In this document: in pieces, positions 37,610 to 47,789 of the stretch
Position numbering within the stretch: position 1 is the first letter of the stretch
Layout: each line of letters begins with the position of its first letter
Source: Candidatus Latescibacterota bacterium
GTDB taxonomy: Bacteria; Latescibacterota; UBA2968; UBA8231
Reading direction: 5' to 3'
Length of the DNA: 64,000 nucleotides
Assembly (NCBI GenBank): GCA_965242865.1
Contig: CBDETK010000013.1
Span: 4,928,001 to 4,992,000, forward strand
Notes under the pieces: model-generated
The model's input: only the letters and a program-made list of their open reading frames with translations
The model's database searches: none
Told to the model about the DNA's origin: nothing
Position numbers and translations under genes: made by a program

Positions 37610-39301
37610 CTATTGCAGCATTTCGCGGGCGTGTTGGCGCGCGGTGTCCGAAATGGTTTCGCCGGCCAACAGATAGGCAATTTCTTCGGCGCGGGCCTTG
37701 GCGTTGAGCTGCACGACCTCGGTGGTGGTCCGCTGCTGCGCCTGCTGCTTACGCACTGAAAAGTGCTGGTCGGCGAGGCTGGCAATCTGCGGTAGATGGG
37801 TGATGACAATGGTTTGGTGGGCTGCGGAGAGGGACTGTAGCTTGCGGCCGACGGCCGCGGCAATGCGCCCCGAGATCCCCACGTCGATTTCGTCGAACAC
37901 CAAGGTCGAAACGAGGTCGCGCCCGGCGATAGCTTCCTTGAGGGCCAGCATCACGCGCGAAACTTCCCCGCCCGAGGCAATGCGCGCTAGGGGGCGCGGG
38001 GGTTGGCCGGCGCTCGCGGAAATGTGGAAGGCGACGTGCTCCATGCCGTGCTCGCCGGCGGCGTACCGACGCCCGTCGCGCTCAACCGCCCCTGTTGGGT
38101 CCTCGGTCGTCTCCAGCTCGATGTAGAACTGGGCCTTGGCCATGCCCAACTCTCCGAGGGCGGCGACTAGCAATCGAGACAGGGTGGCGCTGGCCTGCTG
38201 ACGCGCCGCAGAAAGGGCTAGGCAGCCGGTGGCAAACTCGGCGAGTGCGCGATCGCGGACTTCAGCCGCTTGGGCCAGCTCGTCGCGGAGGCGGCCGGCG
38301 CGGTCGGCGCGCGCCGAAAGCTGGCGGGCGCGCGCTACGACAGCGTCGAGGGTGCCGCCGTATTTCTTTTTTAGGGTGCGTAGGCCGTCGAGGCGCTCGC
38401 GCAGTTCGTCGGCCCGCCCGGGGCGCACCTCAATTTTGTGGGCGTAGTCGCGCAGTTGGCCAGCTAGGTCTTCGACCTCGTAGATCAGTTCCGCTAAGGC
38501 CGCGGCTTGGGGGTCGAGCGCCGGGTCGATTGCACGGAGCCGGTCGAGCTGACGACGAACTTGGCCTAGCGCTTCGCACACCGCGCCTTCGCGCTGGTAG
38601 AGCAGGTCGTAGAGCTGGAGGCCGCCCTCGGCTAGGGTCTCGGCGTTTTCAAGGACTTGCAACTCGCGCTCTAGCGCGGGCTCTTCGCCCGGTTGAGGGG
38701 CGAGGCCGCGGATCTCTTCCAACTCAAAGGCGCGCAGCTCGTCTTCGGCGGCCAGCGCGTCGCGCTCGGCGCGCAGTTGGTTGAGGCGGGCGGCGCTATC
38801 GCGGCTAGCGCGCCAGTGCTGTGCCACGAGGCGACGCTGGTCGTCGAGGCCGGCAAACGCGTCGAGAAAGCGGACGTGGAGCTTGGGGTCGAGCAGTGAT
38901 TGGTGTTCGTGTTGGCCGTGCAGGTCCACCAAGATCGCGCCGATTTGCTTTAGTTGCTTGATGGGCTGGCCTTGGCCGTTGACAAAGGCGCGCGAGCGGC
39001 CTCGGGCGCGGATCTCGCGGCGGAGGATGAGTTGGCCGTCCTCCAAGACAACGCCCAGCTCGGCCAAACGCCCGCCTTGGCTTGGGTCGTTGAGTTCAAA
39101 AAAGCCCTCGACCGCGCACGAGCTGGCCCCTTTGCGCACGAGCTCGGCGCTGACAGGCCCGCCGAGGATGGAGTTGAGGGCACCGATGAGAATGGACTTG
39201 CCAGCCCCGGTCTCGCCGGTTACGACGTTGAGGCCTGGGCCGAATTCGATGGCCGCTTCTTCGATAAGGGCAAAGTCCTTGATGTAGAGGCGCGTCAACA
39301 T
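37610..39301 (-). CDS. recN: DNA repair protein RecN
   Basis: TGETGAGKS, HGQHEHQSL, ASGGEVSRVML, FDEIDVGISG, ITHLPQIA. Confidence 0.97.
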   Translation of the reverse strand: MLTRLYIKDFALIEEAAIEFGPGLNVVTGETGAGKSILIGALNSILGGPVSAELVRKGASSCAVEGFFELNDPSQGGRLAELGVVLEDGQLILRREIRARGRSRAFVNGQGQPIKQLKQIGAILVDLHGQHEHQSLLDPKLHVRFLDAFAGLDDQRRLVAQHWRASRDSAARLNQLRAERDALAAEDELRAFELEEIRGLAPQPGEEPALERELQVLENAETLAEGGLQLYDLLYQREGAVCEALGQVRRQLDRLRAIDPALDPQAAALAELIYEVEDLAGQLRDYAHKIEVRPGRADELRERLDGLRTLKKKYGGTLDAVVARARQLSARADRAGRLRDELAQAAEVRDRALAEFATGCLALSAARQQASATLSRLLVAALGELGMAKAQFYIELETTEDPTGAVERDGRRYAAGEHGMEHVAFHISASAGQPPRPLARIASGGEVSRVMLALKEAIAGRDLVSTLVFDEIDVGISGRIAAAVGRKLQSLSAAHQTIVITHLPQIASLADQHFSVRKQQAQQRTTTEVVQLNAKARAEEIAYLLAGETISDTARQHAREMLQ

Positions 39302-39322
39302 CGGGCCGAAGCCGAGGGGCGG

Positions 39323-39553
39323 CTATTGATCGTCTTGGTCGTCCAGAAAGGAGAGGCGGAACTGGCCCTCGGCGTCGGCCGTGAGGACTTGGACGCGCTC
39401 GCGGGTCTGGTCGAGCCACTGGCCGCAGGTGCGCGAGGCCGCGACGCCCTTTTCAAATACTTTGAGGGCCTCTTCGAGCTTGAGGTCGCCGGCTTCGAGG
39501 CGCTGGACGCTCTCTTCGAGCACGGCTAGCGATTCTTCAAACGATTCACTCAT
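39323..39553 (-). CDS. xseB: Exodeoxyribonuclease VII small subunit
   Basis: SFEESL..LE..V..LE.GDL.LEEAL..FEKG; adjacent to xseA. Confidence 0.95.
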   Translation of the reverse strand: MSESFEESLAVLEESVQRLEAGDLKLEEALKVFEKGVAASRTCGQWLDQTRERVQVLTADAEGQFRLSFLDDQDDQ

Positions 39554-40766
39554 CGAGTTTCTCCTCCACGCGGCATATAGCGCGGCCGCGGCGAAAGCGC
39601 AGGTGTAGTTTGTCGCCCGGCTGGAGTTCGTTGCTGTCGCGGATCAGGCGTTGGGTGGCGATGTGTTCGGCGAGGGCAAAACCGCGCGCCAAGCTCGTAA
39701 GCGGGCTGAGGTCGTCGAGGCGGGTGGTGGCGTTGGCTAGGGCCTCAACCCGAGTGCGCAAAAACCAATCGAAAGCGGTATAGAGGGCTTGACGCCGCTC
39801 GTCGAGGTGCAGGCTCTGCTGCTGCAAGCGGTCGTCGAGGCGGGCGCACAGCCGGCTCGGCTCGCAGTGGCGCAACCGCTCCGCTAAGGAGCGGAGGTAG
39901 CGCTCCATTTCCGCTCGCAACCGGCCTTGTTGTTCGGCGACTCGTGCGCGCAGCGCACTGCGTTCGCGGGCGACCATTTCGGCTGCAGCCGACGGGGTTG
40001 GGGCGCGGCTGTCGGCCACGTAGTCGGCGATGGTGTAATCGATCTCGTGGCCGACGGCCGAGATGACGGGTTGGGGCGACTGGTAGATGGCCCGGGCGAC
40101 GGCTTCGTCGTTGAAGGGCCAGAGGTCTTCTGGAGCGCCGCCGCCGCGCCCGACGATCAACACGTCGATGTCGGCTAGCTGGTTTAAGCGGGCGATGGCT
40201 GCGGCGATCTCAGCGGCGGCCCCCTCGCCTTGCACCCGAGCGGGGCAGAGGACGATGGCGATGTCTGGGGCGCGGCGGTCGAGGACTTGGATGATGTCGC
40301 GGATGGCCGCGCCGGTTGGCGAGGTCACCACGCCGATTTTGCGGGGATACGGGGGCAGGGGACGCTTGCGGTTTTCGGCGAAAAGCCCTTCGGCCTCTAA
40401 GCGATTTTTGAGCTGCTCAAAGGCGATGGCCGACTCGCCGACGCCAGCGGGTTTGAGCTGCTCGGCGTAGAATTGGTACTTCCCCCCGCGCTCGTACACG
40501 GAGATGCGCCCGTACGCCTGCACCTGCATGCCTTGTTGGGGCGTGAAGGAGACCGACCCGGCTTTCCATTTGAACATCACCGCGCTTAGCTGGCTCGCGT
40601 TGTCTTTGAGCGTGAAATAGCGGTGGCCCGAGCTGTGGTGGTTGTACTGGGAGAGCTCGCCCTCGACCCAGCAGGGGAGCAAGGCCTCCTCGAGCAGGCC
40701 CTTGACTTGACTGGTGATTTCGGACACCGAGTACGGCCGGTGGGATGCGGACTCTTGAAAAGACAT
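39546..40766 (-). CDS. xseA: Exodeoxyribonuclease VII large subunit
   Basis: WVEGELS, SGHRYFTLKD, VVTSPTGAAIRD, GRGGG.PEDLW.FN, SAVGHEID, APTPSAAAE; start at MSFQES. Confidence 0.97.
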   Translation of the reverse strand: MSFQESASHRPYSVSEITSQVKGLLEEALLPCWVEGELSQYNHHSSGHRYFTLKDNASQLSAVMFKWKAGSVSFTPQQGMQVQAYGRISVYERGGKYQFYAEQLKPAGVGESAIAFEQLKNRLEAEGLFAENRKRPLPPYPRKIGVVTSPTGAAIRDIIQVLDRRAPDIAIVLCPARVQGEGAAAEIAAAIARLNQLADIDVLIVGRGGGAPEDLWPFNDEAVARAIYQSPQPVISAVGHEIDYTIADYVADSRAPTPSAAAEMVARERSALRARVAEQQGRLRAEMERYLRSLAERLRHCEPSRLCARLDDRLQQQSLHLDERRQALYTAFDWFLRTRVEALANATTRLDDLSPLTSLARGFALAEHIATQRLIRDSNELQPGDKLHLRFRRGRAICRVEEKLDE

Positions 40767-40842
40767 GGGATCCAGTTGGGGAAGCGGAAGCGGAAGCAGA
40801 GGCCGATTTAGGCCAACAGGATAGGCCGTTGTAGAGGCGAGG

Positions 40843-41625
40843 TCAAGGCTCTGCGAGCTGCAAGCGCTCGATGCGAAGGGCCCGGCCGCTGGCCGCGTCG
40901 GCCTCGACAAGCACACCGCAGAGGACGGCTTGGCCATCGGCGGGCTTGAAGCGGGTGGGAACTTGGGTGAGGAAGCGTTGGATGGCCAATTCGCGCCGGA
41001 CGCCAATCACGGATTCGCGGACGCCGGTCATGCCGGCGTCGGTTAGGTACGCCGTGCCGTTGGGCAGGATGCGCTCGTCAGCGGTCTGGACATGGGTGTG
41101 GGTGCCGATGAGCGCGGTGGCCAGACCGTCGAGGTGAAAGCCCAGGGCCATTTTCTCGGCCGTGGCTTCGGCGTGAAAATCCACAAAGACTAGGGGGGTC
41201 TCAGCGCGCTGGCGTTCGATTTCGGCGCGGCCGGTGCGGAAGGGGCAGTCGGTGACGGGCATCCCGGTGCGCCCTTGCAGGCAGAGCACGGCCACTGGGG
41301 TGCCATCGCGGGCGGCGACGACGGTTGAGCCGATGCCGGGGGCGTCTTGGGGGTAGTTGAAGGGGCGCAGGACGCGGCTTGACTGGGCTAGATGGGGGAT
41401 GAACTCGCGGCGGTCCCAGACGTGGTTGCCGCTGGTGATGATGTCGATGCCATAGCTGTGCAGCTTGTGGGCAATGCCCTCGGTGAGGCCAAACCCTCCG
41501 GCCGCATTTTCGCCGTTGGCGATTACTAGCGCGATGTCGCGCTGTTGCACCACCTCGGGAATCAGGGCCGCGGCGACCCGGCGACCCGGCCGGGCAAAGA
41601 TATCAGCGACGAAGAGAATGTTCAC
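40843..41625 (-). CDS. ymdB: YmdB-like metallophosphoesterase (TIGR00282 type)
   Basis: NGENAAGG.G, TSGNH, DFHAEATAEK, GTHTHVQTAD, TDAGMTG; GTG start overlaps the rny stop. Confidence 0.93.
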   Translation of the reverse strand: MNILFVADIFARPGRRVAAALIPEVVQQRDIALVIANGENAAGGFGLTEGIAHKLHSYGIDIITSGNHVWDRREFIPHLAQSSRVLRPFNYPQDAPGIGSTVVAARDGTPVAVLCLQGRTGMPVTDCPFRTGRAEIERQRAETPLVFVDFHAEATAEKMALGFHLDGLATALIGTHTHVQTADERILPNGTAYLTDAGMTGVRESVIGVRRELAIQRFLTQVPTRFKPADGQAVLCGVLVEADAASGRALRIERLQLAEP

Positions 41626-43196
41626 CGCGCGTACGACTCGGCGCGCATTTCGCGGATAATGCAGACGCGTAACTGCCCGGGGTAATCGAGCTGTTGCTCG
41701 ATTTTGTGGGTAATTTCGTCGGCGAGTTGTTCGGCATACGTGTCGTCCACCATCTCGCTGTCGACGAGCACCCGAATCTCCTTGCCGTTTTGCAGAGCAA
41801 AGGCTTGCTTGACGCCCACGCAGTCGGCCGCGAGTTCCTCGATGTGCTGCAAGCGGCGGATGTACTCCTCGACTTTTTCTTTTCGCGCGCCCGGGCGGTG
41901 CGTAGAGATTTCGTTGGCGGCTTCGACCAATACGGCCGTGGCCGAGCGCGAGGGCGTGTGTTTGCTGTAGGTTTCGATGATCTGCACGACTTCCGGGCTT
42001 TCGCCGCACTTGCGGGCCAGAACGGCGCTGCTTTGCGCTGGGTCGTTGCCCAACTCAAAGTCCTGGGTCTTGCCAATGTCGTGCAAGAGCCCAGCGCGGC
42101 GAGCCAGTGCCACATCGAGATTGAGCATTTCGGCCATCATGCCAGCCAAAAACCCGACTTCCCTGCTGTGGACCAATACGTTTTGCCCGTAACTGGTGCA
42201 GAAGCGGAGCTTGCCCAGCGTTTCTAGGAGCGGCTCGGATAAGTCGTGGATGCCGAGGTCAAAGGCGGCTTTGGAGCCGGACTCGCGGATCATCTCCTCA
42301 ACGGCGCTGCGAGCCTTGTCGTACACTTCCTCGATGCGCCCGGGGTGGATGCGGCCGTCGCGGATGAGCGTTTCGAGGGTGCGTCTGGCCACCTCGCGGC
42401 GCAGGGGATCAAAACTCGAGAGCATGACCATGCCCGGGGTATCATCGACGATGACTTCGACGCCGGTGATCATTTCAAAAGAGCGGATGTTGCGCCCGTC
42501 GCGGCCGATGATGCGGCCCTTCATGTCGTCGAAGGGAATGGGCAACACCGAAAGGGTGCTCTCGACGGTCAATTCCCCGGCAAAGCGCTGGATGGCGCGG
42601 GTGATGATTTCCTTGGCCTCTAGGTTGGCCGTGGCAATCGCGGTGTCCTTGATCTCGCGGACCTTGCGGGCGGCGACTTGGTGGGCACTCTGCTCTAGCT
42701 GATCGACGAGTATGGACCGGGCCTCTTGCTGGCTGATGCCGGCCAATTCTTCCAGCCGCTGGCTTTGCTCGCGGACGAGGTCTTGCGCTTGGGTCTCAGC
42801 GGCCGCTATGGCGGCCTCGCGGCGGTTGAGGTCTTGCTCGTTCTTGAGCTGTTCGCGCTCCTTGCTCGTGAGCAGGTCTATTTTGCGCTCTAGTTGTTGC
42901 TCGCGCTCTAGCAGCTTGGCCGCGAGGTCGCGCAACGAGCGGCGCTGGGTCTCTTGCTCCTTTTCCAACGGGGCGCGCTCGCGGTGCCACTCGTCTCGCG
43001 CTTCGAGCAAAGCGTTTTTTTTTAGGGTTTCGGCTTCTTGGCGGGCGCGGGTGACGATCTGGTCGGCGGTAGCTTGCGTGCCGCGCAGTCTGCTGCTGCG
43101 CAGCCGCCCGTTCCCCAACCAGCCGAGGAGACAGCCAACGGCGAAAAAGGCCAAGGCACAGCCTAGTAGGACTAGATAGTCAAACCCATCAAACAC
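41622..43196 (-). CDS. rny: Ribonuclease Y (degenerate HD domain)
   Basis: N-terminal TM, coiled coil, KH domain KGRIIGRDGRNIR, DGRIHPGRIEE, SYGQNVL.HS, LLHDIGK, RPGAR. Confidence 0.95.
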   Translation of the reverse strand: MFDGFDYLVLLGCALAFFAVGCLLGWLGNGRLRSSRLRGTQATADQIVTRARQEAETLKKNALLEARDEWHRERAPLEKEQETQRRSLRDLAAKLLEREQQLERKIDLLTSKEREQLKNEQDLNRREAAIAAAETQAQDLVREQSQRLEELAGISQQEARSILVDQLEQSAHQVAARKVREIKDTAIATANLEAKEIITRAIQRFAGELTVESTLSVLPIPFDDMKGRIIGRDGRNIRSFEMITGVEVIVDDTPGMVMLSSFDPLRREVARRTLETLIRDGRIHPGRIEEVYDKARSAVEEMIRESGSKAAFDLGIHDLSEPLLETLGKLRFCTSYGQNVLVHSREVGFLAGMMAEMLNLDVALARRAGLLHDIGKTQDFELGNDPAQSSAVLARKCGESPEVVQIIETYSKHTPSRSATAVLVEAANEISTHRPGARKEKVEEYIRRLQHIEELAADCVGVKQAFALQNGKEIRVLVDSEMVDDTYAEQLADEITHKIEQQLDYPGQLRVCIIREMRAESYAR

Positions 43197-43258
43197 GGGG
43201 ATCTCTTTCTCATTGGCCGCAGATGCCGGCGAGCGTCTGGGCAGAGTACGCGGGTGCG

Positions 43259-43573
43259 TTAGCTATCGGAGTGGGGAGCATCCACCTCGGCGAGAAGATG
43301 CCCCAGCGAGGTGACGAGCCGAGAAGTCCGCTGCGCCATATCGGCTTCGGTGGAAGCGGAGTCCTCCCGCAGAGATAGGAGTTCCTCCACCAAGCTCAGA
43401 TTGGCCAAGATGGCTACTTGGAGGGGAGAGCCGCCTTTGATCTCGCGCTTGATCTCGTGCATGCGCTCGTCCACCATCTCGGCCAGCTTCTGCACGTGTT
43501 CGGCGGAGTGATCTTGATCGACCCCTAGGGTGTAGTGCTTGTCGAATATTTTGACCACTACTTGGGACGACAT
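43259..43573 (-). CDS. zapA: Cell division protein ZapA
   Basis: V.IFDK.Y.L, LAEMVDERM.EI, VAILANL; pheT-zapB-zapA-rny synteny. Confidence 0.85.
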   Translation of the reverse strand: MSSQVVVKIFDKHYTLGVDQDHSAEHVQKLAEMVDERMHEIKREIKGGSPLQVAILANLSLVEELLSLREDSASTEADMAQRTSRLVTSLGHLLAEVDAPHSDS

Positions 43574-43615
43574 ACTAGACCCCTTTCTCAGGCGACGTTA
43601 TCTCGACCGCTCGGC

Positions 43616-43906
43616 CTATTCGGTTTCGCTGCTTTCACTGCCGACGACGGTATCCAAGCGGCCGAGGAGCTGTTCGATGCGCTCCTTTACCGCTTCTTTG
43701 TCCTTGTTGAGCTGTTCGTTTTCACTGCTGGTGGCGTTGATTTGCTCGTTGAGGCGTTGGTTTTCAGCCTGCAGGGTGCCGTTTTGTTCGTTGAGGCTCT
43801 GGACCTGCTCACTCAAGGTGTCGTTTTCTTGGCGAAGCGTTTTGAGCTCTTCCGCTAGGCGGTTGATGTGCTGCTCGAGGAGTTCAAAATTTTTGTTTAC
43901 ATCCAT
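43616..43906 (-). CDS. ZapB-like coiled-coil cell division protein
   Basis: Nearly all coiled coil, ending ERIEQLLGRL; between pheT and zapA. Confidence 0.7.
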   Translation of the reverse strand: MDVNKNFELLEQHINRLAEELKTLRQENDTLSEQVQSLNEQNGTLQAENQRLNEQINATSSENEQLNKDKEAVKERIEQLLGRLDTVVGSESSETE

Positions 43907-43939
43907 TGGGGTGGCTGTGCTCCTGATTGAAGGTTGGGG

Positions 43940-46318
43940 TTAGCGCAAGCGGGCGTCGAACCGCGTTGCGAGATTGTTGAGCATCGAGGCAATCGCTGCG
44001 TCGGCCTGTGCGTCCTGCAAGGTCTGCTGGCGGTCGCGCAGCCGAATGGCGAAAGCCACGCTCTTGTGGCCTTCTGCTATTTGATCGCCTTGGTAGAAAT
44101 CAAAAACCTCGATGGATTCGACGAGGTGGGGCGCGCTGTCTCGCATGGCGGCTATGAGTTCGGCGGTTGCAGTGTCTGCGCGTACGACTACGGCCAAGTC
44201 GCGCTCGATCGGCGGAAATTTGGGCAGCGCGGAAAACGCACGCTCCCGGCGGTGCCAATGGCGAGCTAGCGCGGTGAACGATAGTTCAAAAATATGCACT
44301 TGACGCTCTAAATCAAATGCCGCGCACAAGCCGGCCGAAACTTGGCCCAGCCAGCCGAGCGGCTGGCCGCCGAGGGAGACGCTGGCCGCGTGTCCCGAGC
44401 GGCATTCGGGGCGGTCGGCCGGGGCAAAGCGCAGGTCCGCCTCGCCCACGAACGCTTCGAGCAAGCCCTTGAGGTCGAAGAAGTCGGCCTCGCGGGCGTC
44501 GGCCTGATAGGGAGAGGCGGAGACGCGGCCCGACCACAGGGCGGCGAGGTGCCAGCGTTCCTCGGGCCTCGCCGCCTTTGCCGTGCGGGCGACAAAGCAC
44601 TTGCCCAGCTCGAAAATGGCCACCCCTGCGGCCCGCTGGTTGAAGTTGCGACACGCCACATCCAAGAGACTCGGCACCAAGGTGGTACGCAGCGCGTCTT
44701 GGGCTTCGGTCGGCGGATTGGCCAAGCGGGCCGCTTGGCCGGCGGTGCCGGCCCATTCGAGCCAGCGGGATTCAACGATTGTATTGCTGACGACTTCGTC
44801 CAAACCGAGGCCCAAGAGCCGCTGCCGAGCGAGTGGCCTAAGAGCGAGCTCGGGGTCGCGCTGGGTAATCCAAGGGCCAGACGCTGCTTGGCGGCCCTCG
44901 ATGCGGTCGAAGCCGTAGATGCGGCCGACCTCCTCGATGAGGTCGACCGGGCGCGTTAGGTCTGGGCGGAAGCTCGGGGCCGTTACCACGAGGGGGCGGC
45001 CCGATTGAACTAGGCAGCCGAGGCGGGCGAGAATCTGGCCAATCGCGGCCGGGTCTAGCTCCGTAGCCAAGAGCTGGTTGGTGCGATCGACGCAGAGCGG
45101 GATCTGGCGGCGCTGGCCGGGGCGGGGATGCACGTCTAAAGGATGGGGGGCGACCGTTCCACCGGCCACTTCGGCGATCAGGCGAGCGGCGCGGTCAGCC
45201 GCCTGTACCGGAGCGTCCCAATCGGCGCCGCGCTCAAAGCGCATGGCCGCCTCGGTGAAAAGCCCCAGGCGAGACCGAGCCAGCCGCACCCGAGCCGGGG
45301 TAAAATACGCGCTTTCGAGCAGAATATCCGCGGTGGCGGCTGATACTTGGGAATGGGCCCCGCCGATGACCCCGGCGAGTGCTTGGGGCCGCGTCCCATC
45401 GGCAATGACCAGCATCGCTTCGTCGAGCTGACAGTGGGTGCCGTCGAGGGCTTCTAAGGTCTCGCCAGCGCACGCCCGGCGGACGATGATGCGCCGCTGA
45501 TCTAGTGTATGCAGGTCGAAAGCGTGCAGGGGATGCCCCAATTCGCGCAGGACGTAGTTGGTGACATCGACGATGTTGTTGATCGGGCGCTGCCCCACGG
45601 CGCGGAGGCGGCGCTGGAGCCACTCGGGCGAAGGGCCGACCTCGACGCCGCGCACGATGCGACCGACGTAGCGCGGGCAGTCGTCCGGGGCCTCGATGTC
45701 GATGCGCACGTCTTGCTCGGTGGCCGGGCCGCTTTCGGGGACTTGGGCGTTGGGAGGGCGCAGGGGGTCGCCGGTGAGGGCGTGGACCTCGCGGGCAATG
45801 CCCCAGAGGCTCAGGCAGTCCGGGCGGTTGGGCGTAACCTCAAAGTCGAGGACCACATCGCCGCGCCCAGTGGCCGCGGCAAACGGGGCACCGACCGGGA
45901 GGTCTTTGTCGAGCACCACAATGCCGTCGTGGCTATCGCCCAATCCGAGCTCGTCTTCGGCGCAGAGCATGCCCTCGGATGCGACGCCGCGGATTTTGGC
46001 CTTTTTGATGTGCATGCCGCCGGGCAGCGTGGTGCCGGGCAGGGCGACAGCGACGGTTTGCCCGGCCGCAACATTGGGGGCTCCGCAGACGATGGTGTTG
46101 ACCCCGGTCCCCACATCGACTTGGCAGACGGTTAAACGGTCGGCGTTTTCGTGGGGGCGACAGGCTTGGACGCGGCCGATGACGACGCCCTCGTAGCGCG
46201 CCCCGAGATCCTCAACGCCCTCGAATGCCAAGCCCGCCATGGTCAGGCGCTCGGCTAGCTCGGGCCAATCCCAAGGGAAGTCCGCGTATTCCTTGAGCCA
46301 GTTATAGGTGATTTTCAT
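43940..46318 (-). CDS. pheT: Phenylalanine--tRNA ligase beta subunit
   Basis: MKITYNWL, IVCGAPNV, TPNRPDCLS, RFERG, DLIEEVGRIYG, FPPIERDLA. Confidence 0.98.
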   Translation of the reverse strand: MKITYNWLKEYADFPWDWPELAERLTMAGLAFEGVEDLGARYEGVVIGRVQACRPHENADRLTVCQVDVGTGVNTIVCGAPNVAAGQTVAVALPGTTLPGGMHIKKAKIRGVASEGMLCAEDELGLGDSHDGIVVLDKDLPVGAPFAAATGRGDVVLDFEVTPNRPDCLSLWGIAREVHALTGDPLRPPNAQVPESGPATEQDVRIDIEAPDDCPRYVGRIVRGVEVGPSPEWLQRRLRAVGQRPINNIVDVTNYVLRELGHPLHAFDLHTLDQRRIIVRRACAGETLEALDGTHCQLDEAMLVIADGTRPQALAGVIGGAHSQVSAATADILLESAYFTPARVRLARSRLGLFTEAAMRFERGADWDAPVQAADRAARLIAEVAGGTVAPHPLDVHPRPGQRRQIPLCVDRTNQLLATELDPAAIGQILARLGCLVQSGRPLVVTAPSFRPDLTRPVDLIEEVGRIYGFDRIEGRQAASGPWITQRDPELALRPLARQRLLGLGLDEVVSNTIVESRWLEWAGTAGQAARLANPPTEAQDALRTTLVPSLLDVACRNFNQRAAGVAIFELGKCFVARTAKAARPEERWHLAALWSGRVSASPYQADAREADFFDLKGLLEAFVGEADLRFAPADRPECRSGHAASVSLGGQPLGWLGQVSAGLCAAFDLERQVHIFELSFTALARHWHRRERAFSALPKFPPIERDLAVVVRADTATAELIAAMRDSAPHLVESIEVFDFYQGDQIAEGHKSVAFAIRLRDRQQTLQDAQADAAIASMLNNLATRFDARLR

Positions 46319-46335
46319 AAGGCGTTGCCGAGACC

Positions 46336-47346
46336 TCAGAACTGGCGGATGAACCGCAAGTCGTTTTCGAGGAAGCGCCGCACGTCGTCGATGCCGTGCC
46401 GGATCATGGCGATCCGCTCCAATCCCATGCCGAAGGCAAAGCCCGTGTATTCGTCTGGGTTGTAGCCCACGGCGGCAAAAACGGCCGGATCGACCATGCC
46501 GGCCCCGGCGATTTCGATCCAACCCGTTCCCTTGCATATAGAGCAGTGCGCGGATTGCCGCTTGCAAATGCAGGTGAAATCGTATTCTACGCTGGGCTCG
46601 GTAAAGGGAAAGAAGTGAGGCCGAAAGCGCACTTGGGTGTCCTCGCCCATAAGTTGGCGTCCCATGGCCTCGATCGTGCCCTTCAAATCGGCGAAAGAGA
46701 CCCGGCGATCGACGTATAGGCCCTCGATCTGGTGGAAGGCGAAATGGTGGGTTGCATCGATCGTCTCCTTGCGGTAGCAGCGCCCCAAAGAGACGATCCG
46801 CACCGGCGGCGGCGTTTGCTCCATGACGCGGATCTGCACCGTGGAGGTGTGCGTACGCATGAGTCCACCGCCCTCTAGATAGAAGGTGTCGTGTAGATCG
46901 CGGGCGGGGTGATCGGCCGGCGTGTTGAGGGCGTCGAAGTTGTGGTACTCGTCCTCGACTTCCGGCCCATCAGCCACGTCGAACCCCATGCCTTGGAAGA
47001 TGCCGATCAATTCGTCGGTTAGCTCGGAGAGGGGGTGGGCACAGCCCAAAAGGGGCCGTCGCCCCGGAAGCGTCACGTCGAGGGCAGAAGCCGCGTCGGC
47101 CACCTGCTGGAGGGCTAGGGCTTGGTCGTCTAAAGCCTGCTGAATGGCCTTTTGGGCGCACCCGGTCGCCTCCCCGAGGGCAGGTCGTTGGGCCGCGGGC
47201 AGGTGCCCGATCTGCCGCGCAATCTGGCGCAGCCGGCTCTTGCGCCCGAGGTGGCGAACTCGCAGGGCCTCTAGGGCTTGGTCGTCTCGGGCGGCGGCGA
47301 TTTCCTCTACGGCTATCGACGCCAATTGTCGCACTTCTTCTAACAT
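46336..47346 (-). CDS. pheS: Phenylalanine--tRNA ligase alpha subunit
   Basis: HPARDLHDTF, RTHTS, FHQIEG, FPFTEPS, GFAFGMGLER. Confidence 0.98.
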   Translation of the reverse strand: MLEEVRQLASIAVEEIAAARDDQALEALRVRHLGRKSRLRQIARQIGHLPAAQRPALGEATGCAQKAIQQALDDQALALQQVADAASALDVTLPGRRPLLGCAHPLSELTDELIGIFQGMGFDVADGPEVEDEYHNFDALNTPADHPARDLHDTFYLEGGGLMRTHTSTVQIRVMEQTPPPVRIVSLGRCYRKETIDATHHFAFHQIEGLYVDRRVSFADLKGTIEAMGRQLMGEDTQVRFRPHFFPFTEPSVEYDFTCICKRQSAHCSICKGTGWIEIAGAGMVDPAVFAAVGYNPDEYTGFAFGMGLERIAMIRHGIDDVRRFLENDLRFIRQF

Positions 47347-47358
47347 AGACCTACTAGA

Positions 47359-47397
47359 ACAGAAAGGGCCCGGCGCATGTCGCCGACCCCTTTCTGT
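47359..47397 (-). terminator. Hairpin / probable terminator between rplT and pheS
   Basis: acagaaagggg-tcggcg-acatg-cgccg-ggccctttctgt stem-loop. Confidence 0.55.
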
Positions 47398-47412
47398 CGT
47401 ATAGATGTGAAT

Positions 47413-47766
47413 TTAGACGTGGGGCCGGGCTTGTTCGACGACCGCGGTAAAGGCGGCCGGGTCGCGCACGGCTAGATCGGCCAAAACCTTGCGGTTGATT
47501 GCAACATCGGCTTGGGCCAGCCCGTGGATGAGCTGGCTATACGACAGGCCGTGGCGGCGAGCGGCGGCGTTGATGCGGACAATCCAGAGGCGGCGGAAGT
47601 CGCGCTTGCGCTGACGCCGATCTCGGTAGGCATAAGCTTGGGCGCGATCGACGGCTTCGCGCGCGGTGCGAAAGAGGCGGCTGCGCGCTCCCCAATAACC
47701 CTTGGATTGTTTGAGTACCTTCTTTTTGCGCTTTTTGGAGGCTACGGCGTGACGTACCCGGGGCAT
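47413..47766 (-). CDS. rplT: 50S ribosomal protein L20
   Basis: [43 protein letters not shown]. Confidence 0.98.
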   Translation of the reverse strand: MPRVRHAVASKKRKKKVLKQSKGYWGARSRLFRTAREAVDRAQAYAYRDRRQRKRDFRRLWIVRINAAARRHGLSYSQLIHGLAQADVAINRKVLADLAVRDPAAFTAVVEQARPHV

Positions 47767-47789
47767 GGATTATTCTCCGTTAAACTCGC

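Noticed and set aside
43197-43258. 6S RNA (ssrS), often found between zapA and rny
   Set aside because: The intergenic space is only 62 bp, too short for 6S RNA.
39546-46567. Long N-terminal extensions of xseA, ymdB and pheT in the ORF track
   Set aside because: They overlap upstream genes out of frame; starts were moved to the conserved N-termini.
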